A stretch of DNA of 20,000 bases from an uncultured virus (IMG/VR IMGVR_UViG_3300021961_000027) (taxonomy: Duplodnaviria; Heunggongvirae; Uroviricota; Caudoviricetes). Each line of letters opens with the position of its first letter. Within the stretch, counting starts at the first letter, position 1. The DNA is taken from IMG/VR virus record IMGVR_UViG_3300021961_000027; one strand, 5' to 3'. The notes under the pieces are model-generated. The model did not search any database and was not told the DNA's origin. It saw only the letters and a list, made by a program, of their open reading frames with translations. Made by a program: the position numbers and the translations under genes. Positions 17,188-20,000 of this stretch are shown piece after piece.

Positions 17188-18651
17188 CTATACAATTAAT
17201 GGCAGCCCTGCTGTTTTTGTGAAACCAGCTTGATAATATACTCTGCCTCCATAACTTAAAGTGGGCTGGGAAGCATATGGTCCAGAATAAGAAGTTGTAA
17301 TTAAATTAGAAGTCGTTACAGGCAAAGAGTTTAAATTATAGGTGCCATCCCAAGCTCGTATATTTATAGCAGAAACAACTCTATCAATTCTACAGGCAAA
17401 TGAATAATATCCATTCCCAGCGAAACAAATACCTATAATTTTTCTGTTGCTACCACCGAAATCTGCAATAACAAAAGACCCAGAATCACCTGGAGCAGAT
17501 GGCCAACTAGGGCATCTGCTAAAACTATTGTCTTCGTACTCATACACAATAACATCTGAAAAATCAGCAACGAAGGTACCATAATTTACAGACACAGAAT
17601 ATGAAGGTGATGCAACTCTCAACAAACAGCAAGTTGTAGCAGGAGAACAGGTTGTAGATGTTGTAGTTGATGTCGTAGATGAAGTTGAAGTAGATGTTGA
17701 AGTAGATGTAGTAGTACATGATATATTACTATATCCTTTGGGACCAGTTGTAATTCCAGTACTGTATAATTTAGGATCTGAAGATAACAGTGCATCTATT
17801 TCTGCAGTGCTTGCAAATTGATAAGGCAGAGTATATTCTGCCATTCCTATAGGCTGCCATACTTTAAATGCAGAATCATTCGAAATCATAGACGGATTAG
17901 GGTGAAAAAGTGATACATCAACATAATTTGTTCCTGTATCTCTGATTGGTATATGTCTTTTCATTTGTCCAATTAGTGGCAATCGGGTGTAAATATTTGT
18001 GGCTGCACTTAGATTATTGAATCCTAAAACCCCAGGTCTATAATTCTGACTATCAACCTGCCATGCTAAATTTTCATAAATATTGTAAGGGGTAGCATTC
18101 TGTTCTGCTATATTTGATTCACTTGCATATAATAAATTATATAGTAAAACATGTGCATTCGTAACCCCAACAACCTTGCCATCAATATTATCAACACAAA
18201 AACCGCCTAGTGTGCCGATTGGAGGCAGACTGCAATTTCCTCCTGCACAAAACCACTCTGTTGGATATTGACAAATTAACTGACCACCTCTCATGGGTTT
18301 CAATATATTTGTATCAAAAGCTCTCAATCTTGTTACATTTGTGTTTGCACTAAAATAAGATTGATCTGGGGTTTCACTTTCATTAAGATAACAAGAGTAT
18401 GCTTGGGCTCTTGGCATTTGCACAACATCTGTTTTATACAATTTCCCATCGATTTTAATTTCACTAGGAATTATTTCATGAGCATCTAAGCTAGAAATAG
18501 GCTTCTTTTGATCTACATAAAAAACAATAGCAGATTCCCCAGTTCTGGAATCATTTGTTCTTTTTATGCCAAAAGATACGCCATGAACATAGTCTGGAGT
18601 CTCTTCATATAATTTTTGTATTTTATCTTTAATATTTTCTGTAAGAATCAT
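17188..18651 (-). CDS. Trypsin-like (S1/PA clan) serine protease with NAL1-like N-terminal domain and internal Thr/Ser insert
   Basis: GTLGG...VTNAHVL (His), YVDVSL (Asp), PGDSGS (Ser), IIGICFAG. N-terminal HGVSFGIK...IVFYVDQKKP...IIP...KTDVV. Start at MILTEN (18651) after GAGGA; the ORF track starts at 18678. Confidence 0.88.
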   Translation of the reverse strand: MILTENIKDKIQKLYEETPDYVHGVSFGIKRTNDSRTGESAIVFYVDQKKPISSLDAHEIIPSEIKIDGKLYKTDVVQMPRAQAYSCYLNESETPDQSYFSANTNVTRLRAFDTNILKPMRGGQLICQYPTEWFCAGGNCSLPPIGTLGGFCVDNIDGKVVGVTNAHVLLYNLLYASESNIAEQNATPYNIYENLAWQVDSQNYRPGVLGFNNLSAATNIYTRLPLIGQMKRHIPIRDTGTNYVDVSLFHPNPSMISNDSAFKVWQPIGMAEYTLPYQFASTAEIDALLSSDPKLYSTGITTGPKGYSNISCTTTSTSTSTSTSSTTSTTTSTTCSPATTCCLLRVASPSYSVSVNYGTFVADFSDVIVYEYEDNSFSRCPSWPSAPGDSGSFVIADFGGSNRKIIGICFAGNGYYSFACRIDRVVSAINIRAWDGTYNLNSLPVTTSNLITTSYSGPYASQPTLSYGGRVYYQAGFTKTAGLPLIV

Positions 18652-18659
18652 ATTATCCT

Positions 18660-19724
18660 CTATGCCCAAGATACCCATAATACGTTCAAACCAGCAGATG
18701 TAGTAGTTGTAGTAGAAGTTGTACTAGTTGAGCTTGTTGAAGTAGTTGAGGTTGATGAAGTTGAAGTTGTACTTGTAGATGTTGATGTTGTCGAACTCGT
18801 TGAACTTGTTGAAGTTGTAGAGCTTGTTGATGTAGATGAGGTTGAAGTAGTGCTAGTAGATGTCGATGTAGTAGAACTTGTAGATGTTGTAGAACTTGAT
18901 GTTGTAGTAGTTGAAGTAGGAATACTATAAGATACTCTACCTCCTATAACATTACAATCAATAGCTGATGATAATAAATCTTGAGCCCAAGTTACACCAT
19001 GATCATCGCTTATATAAATATTTTGGTCACCATAAAAAGTGCCTAATACAAATCCACCTTGAACACCCAATCTGCTTATTTGTGGAGTAGATGTTTGTAG
19101 AGTCCAAGTAGCACCATCTGTCGAAGTATAAATTTTATCATCTGTACCAGAAGTTAAAACAAAAGTAGTACCATCAAAAACAATACTAGACCAGTCATAA
19201 TTTGCAATACTAGCTTGAGTCCAACTAGCTCCATAGTTTGTACTATAAGCAACAGATTCATCAGGACTAGCAGCAATAGCTACTAAAATATCATTTCCAA
19301 AAGCTCCATCAATATAAATATTTGCTCCATTGTATGGCAAAGTTCCTAGTTGTGTCCAAGTTGTACCGCCATCATCACTTCTAAACACATATTGATCACC
19401 TTTTATATTGAAAAAATATCCATTACCATACAATAATTTTTTACATTGTGTAATCGTTGAATTGACAAAAGTACTACCATTTATACTTTTTATTATCTTT
19501 GTATCTCCTCCTATTAAAAAAACAGGAGCCCCTGCAAAATCTCTGCCATAAACTGCCGATCTCCAGACATCAGATGTATAAGAATTATTTAGGGTCCAAT
19601 AAACTCCATCTGTGCTGTATAATATCTTGCCATTTGTTGCACAAGCAACCCATAATCCTAGTTCTTGAGACCATACAACCCCTGTATATGTCGCTGAATC
19701 GATTGTTATGTCTGTCCAATTCAT
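18660..19724 (-). CDS. BNR/Asp-box beta-propeller protein with long Ser/Thr tail
   Basis: STDGVYW, SDDGGTTW, STNYGASW, STDGATW, SDDHGVTW repeats. About 74-aa pure S/T tract near the C-terminus. Confidence 0.85.
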   Translation of the reverse strand: MNWTDITIDSATYTGVVWSQELGLWVACATNGKILYSTDGVYWTLNNSYTSDVWRSAVYGRDFAGAPVFLIGGDTKIIKSINGSTFVNSTITQCKKLLYGNGYFFNIKGDQYVFRSDDGGTTWTQLGTLPYNGANIYIDGAFGNDILVAIAASPDESVAYSTNYGASWTQASIANYDWSSIVFDGTTFVLTSGTDDKIYTSTDGATWTLQTSTPQISRLGVQGGFVLGTFYGDQNIYISDDHGVTWAQDLLSSAIDCNVIGGRVSYSIPTSTTTTSSSTTSTSSTTSTSTSTTSTSSTSTSSTTSTSSTSSTTSTSTSTTSTSSTSTTSTSSTSTTSTTTTTSAGLNVLWVSWA

Positions 19725-19735
19725 CCTTTACTCCA

Positions 19736-20000
19736 CTAAGGTCCTAATGTTGTTGTAGTTGTTGTAGTTGTAGGTTCTGGCGTAGTTGTAGTGGTTGTAG
19801 GTTCTGGCGTAGTTGTAGTGGTTGTAGTGGTTGTAGGTTCTGGCGTAGTTGTAGTGGTTGTAGGTTCTGGCGTAGTTGTAGTGGTTGTAGGTTCTGGTGT
19901 AGTAGTTGTAGTGGTTGTAGGTGCTGGCGTAGTTGTAGTGGTTGTAGGTTCTGGCGTAGTTGTAGTGGTTGTAGGTGCTGGCGTAGTTGTAGTGGTTGTA
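19736..20000 (-). CDS. Partial (3' end) Thr/Pro-rich mucin-like protein
   Basis: Open frame from the window edge reads (TTTTTTP[E/A]P)n...TTTLGP, then TAG at 19736-19738. Not in the ORF track. Confidence 0.8.
   Translation of the reverse strand, partial: TTTTTTPAPTTTTTTPEPTTTTTTPAPTTTTTTTPEPTTTTTTPEPTTTTTTPEPTTTTTTTTTPEPTTTTTTPEPTTTTTTTTLGP
19760..20000 (-). repeat. Near-perfect 27-bp coding tandem repeat, at least 8 units
   Basis: + strand unit ggttctggcgtagttgtagtggttgta, with ggtgctggc variants and two length variants (+9 and +3 nt). Confidence 0.95.

Noticed and set aside
18616..18930. Val/Glu/Asp-rich + strand ORF
   Set aside because: Antisense shadow of the Ser/Thr tail of the 18660-19724 gene.
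19760..20000. Possible CRISPR array
   Set aside because: The units are contiguous with no unique spacers and encode an in-frame peptide repeat.
1..20000. Stop-codon reassignment
   Set aside because: Standard code gives dense, full-length genes, and TAA, TAG and TGA all end genes at sensible boundaries.

Overview
AT-rich, gene-dense segment with nearly all genes on the minus strand. It most likely comes from a large (jumbo, T4-like) bacteriophage; the HNH gene hints at a Planctomycetota/PVC host, by recall only. The left half (1-9030) holds accessory genes: a solo ParB-like protein followed by a perfect 38-bp palindrome, a GT2 glycosyltransferase, an HNH nuclease, a PduO-type cobalamin adenosyltransferase, a putative COOH-NH2 amidoligase and many small hypotheticals. 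The right half (9052-20000) is a cluster of four probable virion-surface genes that all carry mucin-like Thr/Ser tracts: a 2688-aa multi-beta-propeller protein, a trypsin-like protease with a NAL1-like N-terminus, a BNR-propeller protein, and a partial gene with a 27-bp TTTTTTPEP tandem repeat. In two of these proteins the Thr tracts sit inside folded domains and are associated with cysteines. A recurring TA(A/T)ATA box 4-6 nt upstream of several start codons suggests leaderless late transcripts. No tRNA, rRNA, CRISPR array or transposase was seen. All family calls come from motif recognition, not database searches.
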